A stretch of DNA of 64,000 nt, taken from contig CAYVYZ010000002.1 in the NCBI GenBank assembly GCA_964455875.1, forward strand, positions 655 through 64,654. Reading direction: 5' to 3'. Shown here piece after piece: positions 35,434 to 45,353 of this stretch. The translations under genes were made by a program, and so were the position numbers. Positions within the stretch are counted from its first letter, which is position 1. Every line of letters begins with the position of its first letter. The notes beneath the pieces are model-generated. The model saw only the letters and a list, made by a program, of their open reading frames with translations, was not told the DNA's origin and made no database searches. The stretch comes from an uncultured Planctomycetia bacterium (lineage in GTDB: Bacteria > Omnitrophota > Gorgyraeia > Duberdicusellales > 4484-171).

Positions 35434-36480
35434 TTATTCAGAACTAGTTATTATCTTTCTTATTCTCTTAGCAGTGTTCTTTATGTGTTCCTCGGCTTCT
35501 TCGTCTGTTTTATTAGATACTTGGCTTACATACCTTTTTAGGTTAGCATAATGTAGTGGTAGTAGGTGTTTTGTTGTTTCTTCCGGGGTGTAATCATTGT
35601 TTTGTGCCGCCGCGATTAGTGTTAGAGGCCAGGTTCTTCTTCTTAGCGGGTTGTAGTTGTTTTTTTCTTCTAGGTTTTTTGTGTTCGGGATTAGTGTTTG
35701 TTCTTCTTTTTTCTGTGGTTCGCCTATAATGGTTGGTGTGATTACAGGGCCTAACCGCGGAGAGTGTTTGCGCATAACACGAAGGAGTGTGTTGTTCACT
35801 TCGTGGAACATCTGGGAGAGGTCTGTCGCTGGGTCTTTAACATTATGAATTTTGCTTCCGAGATGAGCCTGGGCTAACTCGAAGTTGTTAAGCAATGCGT
35901 TAAGAGTCATAAAAACATCTATTCCGAAGCCACGAACATCTCTGTCCCAGGGTAAAGACATCAAGTATTCGATGAATTTAACACTAAGTCCGAACTCTCC
36001 TCCGATGGGCTGACGGACGTTTATCCCGTAAAAACCGTAGATAAGAGGATAAACAATATGGTTGGTGATAGTCGCGTCAAACTTGTGCCTGGAATAAAGA
36101 GGGAGAACAAAATCGGCTCCGGCTAACACCGGCTCACAAAGATTCCTCACCCAAAAAGGCTTAATGCTGGTTAAATCAGCATCGACAACAATCACTGCCC
36201 TTGGGTGTAACTCCAAAACCAGGCTGAACAAATTAAAGAAGTTATTGCCTTTCCCCTTAACACCAGGCTCAGAAGATAAGTACTTCTTAGGAATACCTAA
36301 GGTGTTAGCCTTCAAAAACTCTTTACGAGTATTATCAGGACTACAATTATCAACGTTAACAATAAGAGAATTAAGATTAGAAAAATATTTGTTAAGCCCA
36401 ACAGCAACTACTTCTACCACACGCCTAATAGAGCTTTCTTCACAATAACTGGGAATACCGACGATAATATCAACACCCAT
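35434..36480 (-). CDS. GT-A glycosyltransferase (mannosylglycerate/glucosyl-3-phosphoglycerate synthase-like)
   Basis: GIPSY, VDNCSPDNT, GKG, VDADL, VRQPIGGEF, FGID. Confidence 0.85.
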   Translation of the reverse strand: MGVDIIVGIPSYCEESSIRRVVEVVAVGLNKYFSNLNSLIVNVDNCSPDNTRKEFLKANTLGIPKKYLSSEPGVKGKGNNFFNLFSLVLELHPRAVIVVDADLTSIKPFWVRNLCEPVLAGADFVLPLYSRHKFDATITNHIVYPLIYGFYGINVRQPIGGEFGLSVKFIEYLMSLPWDRDVRGFGIDVFMTLNALLNNFELAQAHLGSKIHNVKDPATDLSQMFHEVNNTLLRVMRKHSPRLGPVITPTIIGEPQKKEEQTLIPNTKNLEEKNNYNPLRRRTWPLTLIAAAQNNDYTPEETTKHLLPLHYANLKRYVSQVSNKTDEEAEEHIKNTAKRIRKIITSSE

Positions 36481-36503
36481 AAAAGAAATAATGTATCTTC
36501 ACC

Positions 36504-36518
36504 TATTTAAATGTTTCG
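36504..36518 (-). promoter_or_regulatory. BRE+TATA promoter (leaderless transcript)
   Basis: CGAAACATTTAAATA about 24 nt before the ATG at 36480. Confidence 0.65.
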
Positions 36519-36544
36519 ATTAAAAAACAAGAAATCTTCTCGCC

Positions 36545-37168
36545 TTAAATGATTTTATCAGCTAAACCAAGTTTAACTGCTTCTTCGGCGCTCATATAAT
36601 AATCGTATTTCATTAACTCCCTAAGCTTTTTTCTAGTGAACTTAGGATGCTTTTTACGTATCTGAGCTAGATAAATGTTTTCCATGAGCTCGTTTATACG
36701 ATTAGTTTCTTCTGCGGCCCTAACAAAATCTTTAGTATGAACCTGGTCAGTAGCTTCTGTTCCGTAATGAATCATAACCCTGCAATTCTTAGATAAAACT
36801 CTCTCTTTACAAGCCTGTAAGATTATGCTTCCCATACTCCTACAACGACTATAAGCAATCATTTTAACAGGGCTCTTAAGAGTTCTGATGAACTCATAAA
36901 TAGCCATACCTGCGTCCCATTCACCACCATGACTATTCCAAATAAGAGTAATCGTCTTATGGTTTATTTGGTCTAACAAGTATAATCCTTTAATAAGCTG
37001 TTCTGCACTCCAATCATTCACTTCCATGCTTTCACCAGTACCAAGACCTAAATTAATACTGCTGTTAGCACCATAATAAATCGTTCTGGTCTTATAATCG
37101 ATGTTATATTCAAAAAAATACGCGATGTCCGTTTCAACCAATTTTCTTTTTACCATTTTAACACTCAC
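36545..37168 (-). CDS. ClpP-like serine protease
   Basis: NSHGG, CRSMGS (catalytic Ser), MIH, YMSAEEAVKLGLADKII. Confidence 0.85.
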   Translation of the reverse strand: MSVKMVKRKLVETDIAYFFEYNIDYKTRTIYYGANSSINLGLGTGESMEVNDWSAEQLIKGLYLLDQINHKTITLIWNSHGGEWDAGMAIYEFIRTLKSPVKMIAYSRCRSMGSIILQACKERVLSKNCRVMIHYGTEATDQVHTKDFVRAAEETNRINELMENIYLAQIRKKHPKFTRKKLRELMKYDYYMSAEEAVKLGLADKII

Positions 37169-38820
37169 CTTATTAATCCCATCTGAATCTTCCTAACCAA
37201 ATCAGATTCGTGTTTACTTTCACCAAATCCTTTATAAGGGTCAAAAACACCTCTACCGCCTCCCTCCGTAATAGCGAAAGGAACACTAGCGTTTTGGGTG
37301 GCTCTGTTAGCAAGAGCTAAAGCCATAACACAATCATCGTAAGCACCAACGCTTTCATACTTGTAATTACCTGCGGGAGTTTTCAACTCACAAAACTTAC
37401 CAAGTTCTTCCTCAATTACTCGCATCACATTAATACTTGTTTCGTCTCCTTGGGGAAAAATAATTTGTTCGTGCTCAAAACTAATAATAAGAAACTTGAT
37501 AAGATGTTCTTTTTTCTGACCCTTACCACCAGTAACAAAACTATCAATGTTAAGATTGTGTTTATCAACTAGTTCATCAATTAAGTCTTGACCAAAATTG
37601 TTTTGTTCAACCAAGATGTAAGGATGATTAAATCTTCTGCTAATCTCAGCGATTTTTTTTGCTTGTTCACTGATTTTTAAGCCTTTCTCGCGCCAAACAT
37701 GAACTATTTGTTTTTCGTTAGTAATAGTATTAAACGCCATGATTATCATAACAGAATAATCTGCGCTGGCACTACCACTACGAGCAACGTCAACACCACC
37801 AACAAACACCCAGTTTTTATCTCTCTTATCACTTTTTGGAAGCAAACAAATGTCTTTTCCCTTGCTCTTAGCAGGTTTTATAAGCCAGTCTGGGAAAAGA
37901 CTAGCGTCTCTACTAAAGAATTCTAATTGATACTCCCTAGAAAACTTAAGAGGGCCCATAGATAAACGTTTCTGCATTAAATCATTCCAAGTGAACCTAT
38001 CAGGACACTGAATAATTCTTTTCTCATAATCAAGAATAGCTGGGTATCTACGTATCACCCAGACACTTCCCTGTTTAACACGATTAGCTATAGTAGTAAA
38101 AATGTCTGTGTCTGTCTTAGGAGTACCAACAAGAATCATTTGTCCTTTACGATTTAAAAGCATTGGGTCTAATACCATATCAATATAATCTTCTATTTCT
38201 CTATCACTAAGCCTATTATCTGTTCTAAGAATATCATCGATGACTATTCTGTCAACATGCTGACCAAGAATCTCACTACCAATCCCTTTCACAAGGATAT
38301 AACCACCATTATAACCAATTGTTTCAACAGCCCATTTATTAGGATTCTTCTTACTGATTAACCACTCATTATTCTCGATAATAGACTTTAATTCTTCTAA
38401 TATACGGTTTGCTTGTTCTTGACTAGCACTAACAATTATAATCCTCCTATATTTAAATAAGAACATATCATAAATACTAAGAATTTCCGAGAAGAAAACA
38501 GATTTTCCATGTCCCCTAGCACAAAGAATAGCTAAATATCTGTTTTTCTTTACAAGTTTATCCCAAGAACGAAGAAGTTTGTTAAACCTAAAAGGTGCAG
38601 GAAAACCAATATCTGTTAGGGGGCCTATAATGAACTTACAGAAAAAATATAGACCTTTATCCTTATCATAACATAATTCTAATATTGACTTAAAAAGAAA
38701 AGCGTGTAATGTGTTCTTATCATACCTACTAAGTAAATTCTTGTAAGAGAGTTCTAGGTTTCCAGTTTTTTCAACTACCCAATCACAATAATCTTTGTAA
38801 ATATCCTCATACGTTCTCAT
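37165..38820 (-). CDS. terL: Terminase large subunit
   Basis: Walker A ARGHGKS, Walker B IVIDD, GTP coupling motif, FSREYQ, RNase H domain GVDVA and YDDCVMALALA. Confidence 0.9.
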   Translation of the reverse strand: MRTYEDIYKDYCDWVVEKTGNLELSYKNLLSRYDKNTLHAFLFKSILELCYDKDKGLYFFCKFIIGPLTDIGFPAPFRFNKLLRSWDKLVKKNRYLAILCARGHGKSVFFSEILSIYDMFLFKYRRIIIVSASQEQANRILEELKSIIENNEWLISKKNPNKWAVETIGYNGGYILVKGIGSEILGQHVDRIVIDDILRTDNRLSDREIEDYIDMVLDPMLLNRKGQMILVGTPKTDTDIFTTIANRVKQGSVWVIRRYPAILDYEKRIIQCPDRFTWNDLMQKRLSMGPLKFSREYQLEFFSRDASLFPDWLIKPAKSKGKDICLLPKSDKRDKNWVFVGGVDVARSGSASADYSVMIIMAFNTITNEKQIVHVWREKGLKISEQAKKIAEISRRFNHPYILVEQNNFGQDLIDELVDKHNLNIDSFVTGGKGQKKEHLIKFLIISFEHEQIIFPQGDETSINVMRVIEEELGKFCELKTPAGNYKYESVGAYDDCVMALALANRATQNASVPFAITEGGGRGVFDPYKGFGESKHESDLVRKIQMGLIR

Positions 38821-39029
38821 TGTTCTGTCTTTTTCTTTTTTGAAGTTTCCTTCTTTTTCTTTTCCTCTTCCTTTGTTTTTATATTAATAAATGGGTTGTC
38901 ATAATCTTCGATATTATCCAAACCAATTTTTTCAATAAGACATCCTAAACAATATGTGAATCTTTTACCTCCTCCCATTAATCTCATCACCCATGTATTA
39001 AAGTGTCCACATTTATTTTTTATTGCCAT
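38817..39029 (-). CDS. Small zinc-binding hypothetical protein
   Basis: CGH...CLGC. Confidence 0.55.
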   Translation of the reverse strand: MAIKNKCGHFNTWVMRLMGGGKRFTYCLGCLIEKIGLDNIEDYDNPFINIKTKEEEKKKKETSKKKKTEQ

Positions 39030-40095
39030 TTTTTATTACCTCTTTCATTTCCATTATTCTATGAATGAATGTGTGTTTGGTTAAAACCGTTCTCTGTCCA
39101 TTCCTACCAATTTTCTTACATAATTCTTCGTTTTTCAAAAGAAAGTCTATCATATCTATTAAACCATCTTCATCGTAATAAACTAATAGGTCTTCTTCTC
39201 CAGTAATTTTTTCTCCTTTCTTATTAATCTTAAACATATTTTCCATTCCTTTACAATAGGTGGTTAAATATAGACCTCCTGCGCACAAAACTCTATAGAG
39301 TCTTGCGCTGAAACCAAGCTCTATGTCTGGGTCTTGGTCTATACCAAGATTAATAATGGAAGCTTCTACAACCATACTATGAATAAGATTTATAGCTTGT
39401 TTGTTTGTATGAACTGTTTTTAATATTGGTGGTAGTAACTTCCATTCACACACAACAGGTCCCCAGATTTTCAGGTCAAACCCCTCTTCAGCCAGTCTTG
39501 TAAGTATTTTTACTCTATTAGAGTGTTGTTTTAAGAAACCAATACTACCAATAAACGTTACGTCAGAACCATACTTCTTCCTTTGATAAGCGTTTAAATA
39601 AACACCTTTATTCAGATTAGGATAACACCCCTCGTCTAAATACCTTACGTTTTCAAAACCAGCCTCTTTGAGTTTATCAGCCACTCCTTTTAAACTACAA
39701 AAAAAGTAATCATAAAATTTAATAGCTTCAAAAAACTCTGTTTGTTCCCAAATTGGTTTATCAACAAGATACTTATCAAAGAACCAATTAACTATTTTTG
39801 CTTTTGGAAATTTTTCTCTTAATTTTTTTAGTGTGTCCATATGAAGCTCTAATCCTTTAAAAACAATGATTAAATCATAATCTGTTTCAAAAACATCGAT
39901 TTCTTTTAAAATACGTGGTTGAGCATTAAATATTCCTTCTTTATTAACAATAACTCGGATATCTATACCATCAACTCTATAACCGCTTTCTTGAAAAGAT
40001 AGTGCTATATACCACGCAGTCTGCCTATCTTTGAAGCTACCAAGCAACAAAACATTCTCTTTTTCTTCTTTTTTCTTGTTCATGACCACCACCAA
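39013..40095 (-). CDS. GT-B glycosyltransferase (CgeB-like)
   Basis: NWFFD, DVTFIGS, SARLYRVLCAGG, HTFIHR. Confidence 0.8.
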   Translation of the reverse strand: MVVVMNKKKEEKENVLLLGSFKDRQTAWYIALSFQESGYRVDGIDIRVIVNKEGIFNAQPRILKEIDVFETDYDLIIVFKGLELHMDTLKKLREKFPKAKIVNWFFDKYLVDKPIWEQTEFFEAIKFYDYFFCSLKGVADKLKEAGFENVRYLDEGCYPNLNKGVYLNAYQRKKYGSDVTFIGSIGFLKQHSNRVKILTRLAEEGFDLKIWGPVVCEWKLLPPILKTVHTNKQAINLIHSMVVEASIINLGIDQDPDIELGFSARLYRVLCAGGLYLTTYCKGMENMFKINKKGEKITGEEDLLVYYDEDGLIDMIDFLLKNEELCKKIGRNGQRTVLTKHTFIHRIMEMKEVIKNGNKK

Positions 40096-41020
40096 TATCT
40101 TTTTTTAATTCTTCTGCTGTAACAGTTGCAGTTCCAAGCTTCCCAACAACGATGCCTGCGGCATGATTAGCAAGTATAGCACTTTCTTCAAGAGACAAAC
40201 CAGATACTAGTGCAAGAACTAATCCTGCTACAAAAGTGTCTCCGGCACCAGAAACATCATAAACTTTCTTTGCTTTAGTAGGAATATGTGTGTGTTTTTT
40301 TGTGTGTTTATCAAATATGGAAAGGCCTTCCGGTCCTCGTGTAACTATGACATTCGAATTTAATTTTCTTAATAGTTTCTTACCAATTTGTTTGATATTA
40401 TCTGCTCCACACATTTCTTTTGCTTCCTTCAAATTTGGTGTTACAACAAAAACTTTTTTAAACCAATTAGTATGTGCTGGTGTTGGGTCAACCACCACTT
40501 TCATCTGATTATTCTTCAACTCTTTCATAAGTCTTTGTGTTATCATGCCTTTGTTATAATCAGAAACTATTATCATATCAAAGTTGTTTTGCTTAGAGAA
40601 CTTTATAATCCCATTAATTAATTTTCCTGGTAAAGGATTACATACTTCCCAATCAATTCTTAATAATTGTTGTCCGTTAGCCATAGCTCTTGTTTTCTTA
40701 ATGGTAAGATAATCTTCTCTCTCTATCAGGTTTGGTATAATGTTGTGTGTTGCCAATAATTTTAGTAACATATCTTTTTCATTATCATTTCCTACTTGTC
40801 CTATAAGAGTGCACTTTCCTCCAAGGGAAGTGATGTTGCTAGCTAAATTTGCGGCGCCACCAGCACGATAATCTACTTTCTTAACATTTATAACCGGAAC
40901 AGGAGCTTCTGGGCTGATACGATTAACATCTCCAAAAAGATATTCGTCCACCATTAAATCTCCAATAACCAAAATATTGGCTTTATTGAACTTATTAATT
41001 GCTCCTATTAATTTTTTCAT
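40037..41020 (-). CDS. rfaE1: D-glycero-D-manno-heptose-7-phosphate kinase (RfaE/HldE domain I, PfkB family)
   Basis: IGDLMVDEYLFG.VNRISPEAPVPV, GGAAN, SDYNKG, TPNLKE, DVSGAGDT, VVGKLGT. Confidence 0.9.
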   Translation of the reverse strand: MKKLIGAINKFNKANILVIGDLMVDEYLFGDVNRISPEAPVPVINVKKVDYRAGGAANLASNITSLGGKCTLIGQVGNDNEKDMLLKLLATHNIIPNLIEREDYLTIKKTRAMANGQQLLRIDWEVCNPLPGKLINGIIKFSKQNNFDMIIVSDYNKGMITQRLMKELKNNQMKVVVDPTPAHTNWFKKVFVVTPNLKEAKEMCGADNIKQIGKKLLRKLNSNVIVTRGPEGLSIFDKHTKKHTHIPTKAKKVYDVSGAGDTFVAGLVLALVSGLSLEESAILANHAAGIVVGKLGTATVTAEELKKDIGGGHEQEKRRKRECFVAW

Positions 41021-42096
41021 TTTCTCACTATAGACTCCATTATTTTAAGCATAGCTCTGGCAATATTGTCAAAACTACCGGTTTCTCTACCATGCACAAC
41101 ACCTTGTTTAAGTCTGTTTTTTATCACATCTCTCTTGAGAGACCTTACATAAGCTATTGTTTCTGCCAGACTAAACGGATTAGTGACATCACAGTAAAAA
41201 GGAAAATCACCATATAAATCATGAAGTATTTTAAAATCTCCACAAATAACGGGTTTTCCAACAAACATCCCTTCCAGGGGACTAAGACCAGCAATATATT
41301 CGGTGTTCTGTGGATATAAAAGCATCGCGCTGTTTTTAATAAGTTCGAACTTCTCTTTCTGGGTTATAAGGCTTTTGTGTTCAAATGGAATGTTGTTCTC
41401 TTCACACACTTTCTTTATAAGTTCTAACTCCCCCCTATCTCGTCCAATACAAAAATATTTTAAATCTGGTTTTAATAAAGCTAGGGCTTTGGCTACCATT
41501 AAACAATTCTTTTTTGGTGTGAGCCTGGAAATAGTAATAACGTAATCTCCTTCTATATCTAACCCAGCTCCTTCATACTCCGGAAACAAATCTGTTCCAG
41601 CAGGAATCACATGAGTATCAGGGAACCAGTGTTTAGTATACTTATAATATTCGTCCCTAGCTACATAAGTATTAAAAATTAGTGTGTCTGCTTGTTTTAA
41701 AACATCAAACCAAAAAGACCATTGTCGCATTCTCCACCTTTCTTCTTTCATAGCATCTGTTGGGACATCAAGTATCATTATTCCCCATGGTAATTTATAA
41801 ACTCTTGCTAGATAAGCTACTACCGGTGATATCGGTGTGTGTGAACCAAATATTAAATCAAACTTTTCTCTAGCAAACAAATCAAGAGTCTTACTATGCA
41901 TTTTCGCAGGCACAAAAAACTTCTCGTAATCTATGTTAATCCTTGTAAGATTTTCATGTGGCTCTATAGGATTATCTTTATCATATTCGTCTAGTTGTTG
42001 AACAACAGCGGTAACTTTATGACCCGCTCTACAAAAAGCGTTACAAAGCCCAATCACAAAATTCGCGCTTTCAGCACCAAAATATAATATGTTCAT
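41017..42096 (-). CDS. GT4-family glycosyltransferase
   Basis: GHKVT, ISRLTPKKN, E..GLSPLEGM..GKPVI. Confidence 0.85.
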   Translation of the reverse strand: MNILYFGAESANFVIGLCNAFCRAGHKVTAVVQQLDEYDKDNPIEPHENLTRINIDYEKFFVPAKMHSKTLDLFAREKFDLIFGSHTPISPVVAYLARVYKLPWGIMILDVPTDAMKEERWRMRQWSFWFDVLKQADTLIFNTYVARDEYYKYTKHWFPDTHVIPAGTDLFPEYEGAGLDIEGDYVITISRLTPKKNCLMVAKALALLKPDLKYFCIGRDRGELELIKKVCEENNIPFEHKSLITQKEKFELIKNSAMLLYPQNTEYIAGLSPLEGMFVGKPVICGDFKILHDLYGDFPFYCDVTNPFSLAETIAYVRSLKRDVIKNRLKQGVVHGRETGSFDNIARAMLKIMESIVRK

Positions 42097-43970
42097 TCTA
42101 ATACCTCTTCAAACGATTTAACAATATAATCTAGGTCTTCCTGATTCAAGAATTGGTGGCAACCGATATAAAAAGTTTGTCTACCAATAAATTCTGCTAC
42201 TGGCAACTTATTTTCATATTCTTTTTTTAAATGAGCTAAGGATGGCATATCGAGTGGTAAACAACCATACATAGGCCTTGTTTCAATTCCTTTTTCTTCA
42301 AGAGCTTCCCTAAACTCCGCCCTGCTAATCACGTTCTTATCTTTAATCACTATTGGATAACCAAGGTAAGCAATATCCTTATCATATTTTGGTAATTGTA
42401 TAATACCCCTATCTTCATATTTTTTCAGTCGTTCATTAAGGTATTTTACATTATCGTTTCGTTTCTTAATAATATCGTTTATGGTTTTGAATTGTTCAAA
42501 AGCTAATCCTGCGGCGAACTCTGTAGACCTATAATTACCACTAATCATATCGTGATAATATCTTGGGTGTAAATCCCTTTCATCTCTAAACATTTTATCC
42601 TTAAAATATTGTTCGTCCTCTTTGAAATAACAGGACACCCTACCATTAGATTTAAGCTTGTCATAAATCCTGTATAAATCCGCATTATTAGTGTTGATTG
42701 TTCCCATCTCACCACATTGTATTGTGTGAGCTATGAAAAAAGAGCAAGCTGACCATAACCCCCAACTACCAAGCTTTTTGCCTTTATAAGTAGTCCCGTA
42801 ACCCTGACAATTATCCTCTATTACAGGAATACCGTGTTTATCAGCTATCTCTCTAATTTTATCAATTTCGCATGGTATTCCCATAATATGAACCGGCATA
42901 ACTGCTTTTATATCTGGGTGCTCTTTAAGAGTTTTTTCAAGAGCTTCCGGGGACATACCAAGAGTGTTTTGGTCTATATCTACAAACACTGGTTCGTTGC
43001 CTGTTAAATAAATGGCGTTAATAGTAGCCATATAAGTGAAGGGAGTAGTGGCTATTTTCCCTTTATTCTTAAAAAATTCGTTCATGGCTCTCAAACCAAC
43101 TATTAACGCTGATGTGCCAGAATTAGTAGTAGTACAATAATTTGTGCCGATATACTCTGCCCACAAAGCAGAGAACATCTCAGAGTATTTTCCTTCAGAT
43201 ATTCTTCCAGAATCAAGTATTTCGTTAATCCTATCCTTTTCTTCTTGAGTAATTTTTAAATCACCGGTTGGGATTCTATAAGACATTTTCTTCTTCCTCC
43301 ATAAATAAATTGTTTCTTTTTGAGTAGTATAATAATAAATTTTATCAAAGTTTTTTTCCATATAATCTTCGAATTCTTCTTTTACAAGTAAGTTCTTAGC
43401 TAAGTGTTGTGGTGTGTGCGCACCAACACTAAACATCATACCAGTTGTTAACATATATCCTCTTGGTTTCAATAACGATGATAAGTGTTTCATAGTTTCA
43501 AGTGGATTATCTAAATGCTCTAAAACATCTATGGTCATTATCACATCGTATTTTAACTTATTCATCATTTCTTCATCAATAAACGAAACCTGTTTTTTCA
43601 TATGTTTACAACAAAACTTAGCGAAATCTTGTGTTATTCCCGGAACATCATAATAGTAAACATTATGATTATCTGATAAAGCTATGCTTATGGCTCCTAT
43701 CCCACCACCAAAGTCTAATATATCAAGCCCTTTACACAAACCATTTATCGGGTGAATAACATTGTTTACTCGTTTATCATCACTAAAACCTAACAAACCA
43801 AATATTGTCGTGTCTGACTTCTCATAATATTTTTCTTTACCAAGCTTCCACCAATCTTCAACAGCTTTTTTTGGGTTTCTCCTAATCTTTTCATTTACTT
43901 CAAAACTATCTAAGTTGAAGAACACTTCTGCAAGTTTTTTCATAGTTCGAATCATATTTTCTCCCTCCAA
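42093..43970 (-). CDS. Class I methyltransferase fused to a DegT/DnrJ-family PLP enzyme of the His (3-dehydratase) type
   Basis: LDFGGGIG and DVLEHL, then NSGTSAL, EDNCQ, SFFIAHTIQCGEMG (His at the usual Lys position). Confidence 0.8.
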   Translation of the reverse strand: MEGENMIRTMKKLAEVFFNLDSFEVNEKIRRNPKKAVEDWWKLGKEKYYEKSDTTIFGLLGFSDDKRVNNVIHPINGLCKGLDILDFGGGIGAISIALSDNHNVYYYDVPGITQDFAKFCCKHMKKQVSFIDEEMMNKLKYDVIMTIDVLEHLDNPLETMKHLSSLLKPRGYMLTTGMMFSVGAHTPQHLAKNLLVKEEFEDYMEKNFDKIYYYTTQKETIYLWRKKKMSYRIPTGDLKITQEEKDRINEILDSGRISEGKYSEMFSALWAEYIGTNYCTTTNSGTSALIVGLRAMNEFFKNKGKIATTPFTYMATINAIYLTGNEPVFVDIDQNTLGMSPEALEKTLKEHPDIKAVMPVHIMGIPCEIDKIREIADKHGIPVIEDNCQGYGTTYKGKKLGSWGLWSACSFFIAHTIQCGEMGTINTNNADLYRIYDKLKSNGRVSCYFKEDEQYFKDKMFRDERDLHPRYYHDMISGNYRSTEFAAGLAFEQFKTINDIIKKRNDNVKYLNERLKKYEDRGIIQLPKYDKDIAYLGYPIVIKDKNVISRAEFREALEEKGIETRPMYGCLPLDMPSLAHLKKEYENKLPVAEFIGRQTFYIGCHQFLNQEDLDYIVKSFEEVLE

Positions 43971-44920
43971 AAATCAAGCACCTCTTTTATTGTGTCGGCA
44001 ACAGAAATTTCTGGTTTCCAATCTGGGCACACCGATTTAAACTTAGTGGTGTCTGGCACTTGCATATTAACATCTTTTGGTCTTAATAGTTTTTCATCAA
44101 CAATTACTTCTATTTCTCCCTTTTTAGGACTAAGAGAAATCATGTGTGCTAATACATGACCAACCATCCAGGTTTCTTCACCCCCAATATTATAAGCTTC
44201 ACCCCACTTACCATTATCTGTGAGCATCCAATAAGCTCTGACACAGTCTTTCACATTCATAATGGTTCTATGACTCTTAAGATTGCCAACATAAATTTTT
44301 GGTTCTTGCAATCCTTTCTCTATTTTAGCTATTTGTTTAGCAAAAGCAGAAACGAAAAAGACATCACCACGCCTCTTACCAGTATGAGTGAATGCCCGTG
44401 TAATAACGGTTTTTAAGCCATAACATTTATGATACATTCTTCCGGCTAGGTCTTGCCCTACTTTACTAAGAGCATATGGTGATAATGGGTCAAAAGGCTC
44501 TGACTCAGATGTTGGTGTGTTAACTTGATGACCGTAAACCTCTGAAGACGAACAAATCAATATGACAGCGTCTTTATTATATTTATTCACCGCCTCAAGT
44601 AAATTGATTGTCCCGATAATATTTGCTTCTATAGTAGCACTAGGAGCACTGAAAGAAGCAGGAACATAAGACTGTGCGGCTAAATGAAATATTTTGTTAA
44701 ACGAATACTCTTTGAACAATCTCTCAACATTATGGGAGTCTGTTAAATCACACTCAACCCAAATTATCCTATCAGATTTGATATGTTCCACGTTTTTCAT
44801 ACTACTAGTATGTGCTCGTTGCATACAACAAACCATATAATCAGGATGGTTCTCAAGAATGTATTCTATTAAATGTGAACCAACAAAACCATTAGCTCCT
44901 GTTATTAAAACTTTTTTCAT
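43952..44920 (-). CDS. gmd: GDP-mannose 4,6-dehydratase-like SDR
   Basis: ITGANGFVG, HLAAQSYV.ASF, SSSEVYG, SPYALSK; start MKKVL. Confidence 0.8.
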   Translation of the reverse strand: MKKVLITGANGFVGSHLIEYILENHPDYMVCCMQRAHTSSMKNVEHIKSDRIIWVECDLTDSHNVERLFKEYSFNKIFHLAAQSYVPASFSAPSATIEANIIGTINLLEAVNKYNKDAVILICSSSEVYGHQVNTPTSESEPFDPLSPYALSKVGQDLAGRMYHKCYGLKTVITRAFTHTGKRRGDVFFVSAFAKQIAKIEKGLQEPKIYVGNLKSHRTIMNVKDCVRAYWMLTDNGKWGEAYNIGGEETWMVGHVLAHMISLSPKKGEIEVIVDEKLLRPKDVNMQVPDTTKFKSVCPDWKPEISVADTIKEVLDFWREKI

Positions 44921-45051
44921 TATAAATCCACCCATTCTTTTTCTACAAATATTTGTGCTTTTGGGCATCTAGAACAACCTCTTGAGTTGCCCATCTTATC
45001 ATACACCCAGTGATGAAAATTAAAAAAACAATCATACCTATGTAGCTTCAT
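44920..45051 (-). CDS. Tiny Cys/His zinc-binding protein (43 aa)
   Basis: Hand translation MKLHRYDCFFNFHHW...CSRCPK..WVDL. Confidence 0.45.
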   Translation of the reverse strand: MKLHRYDCFFNFHHWVYDKMGNSRGCSRCPKAQIFVEKEWVDL

Positions 45052-45062
45052 AGTTTTTCTTT

Positions 45063-45353
45063 TCATTCTATAATATCGTATGTTTTTTCAAAAATTTCTT
45101 TATCACAAGGATATTTTTCTCCATTTACTCCAAACATTAAATAGTCTCCTGGCTTCCCAAAAACAACACCTTCCATAGTAGTTACTTTAAAACCTCCTGG
45201 AAAATTTATTTGTACCGCTTTAACTACAATAGGTTTTTTTCTACACTTAATAATATCTTTTTCTTCCAACTTATCTAATGTTATTTCATCTGCATTAAAT
45301 AGCTCCATCTTAATCTCTTCCTTTAGCTTTAAAAATTTTTGGGTCTTGGTCAC
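45063..45353 (-). CDS. PGDYG-like conserved viral protein
   Basis: KKPIVVKAVQ..TMEG..GKPGDYL..GEKYPC..IFEKTY. Confidence 0.75.
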   Translation of the reverse strand: MTKTQKFLKLKEEIKMELFNADEITLDKLEEKDIIKCRKKPIVVKAVQINFPGGFKVTTMEGVVFGKPGDYLMFGVNGEKYPCDKEIFEKTYDIIE

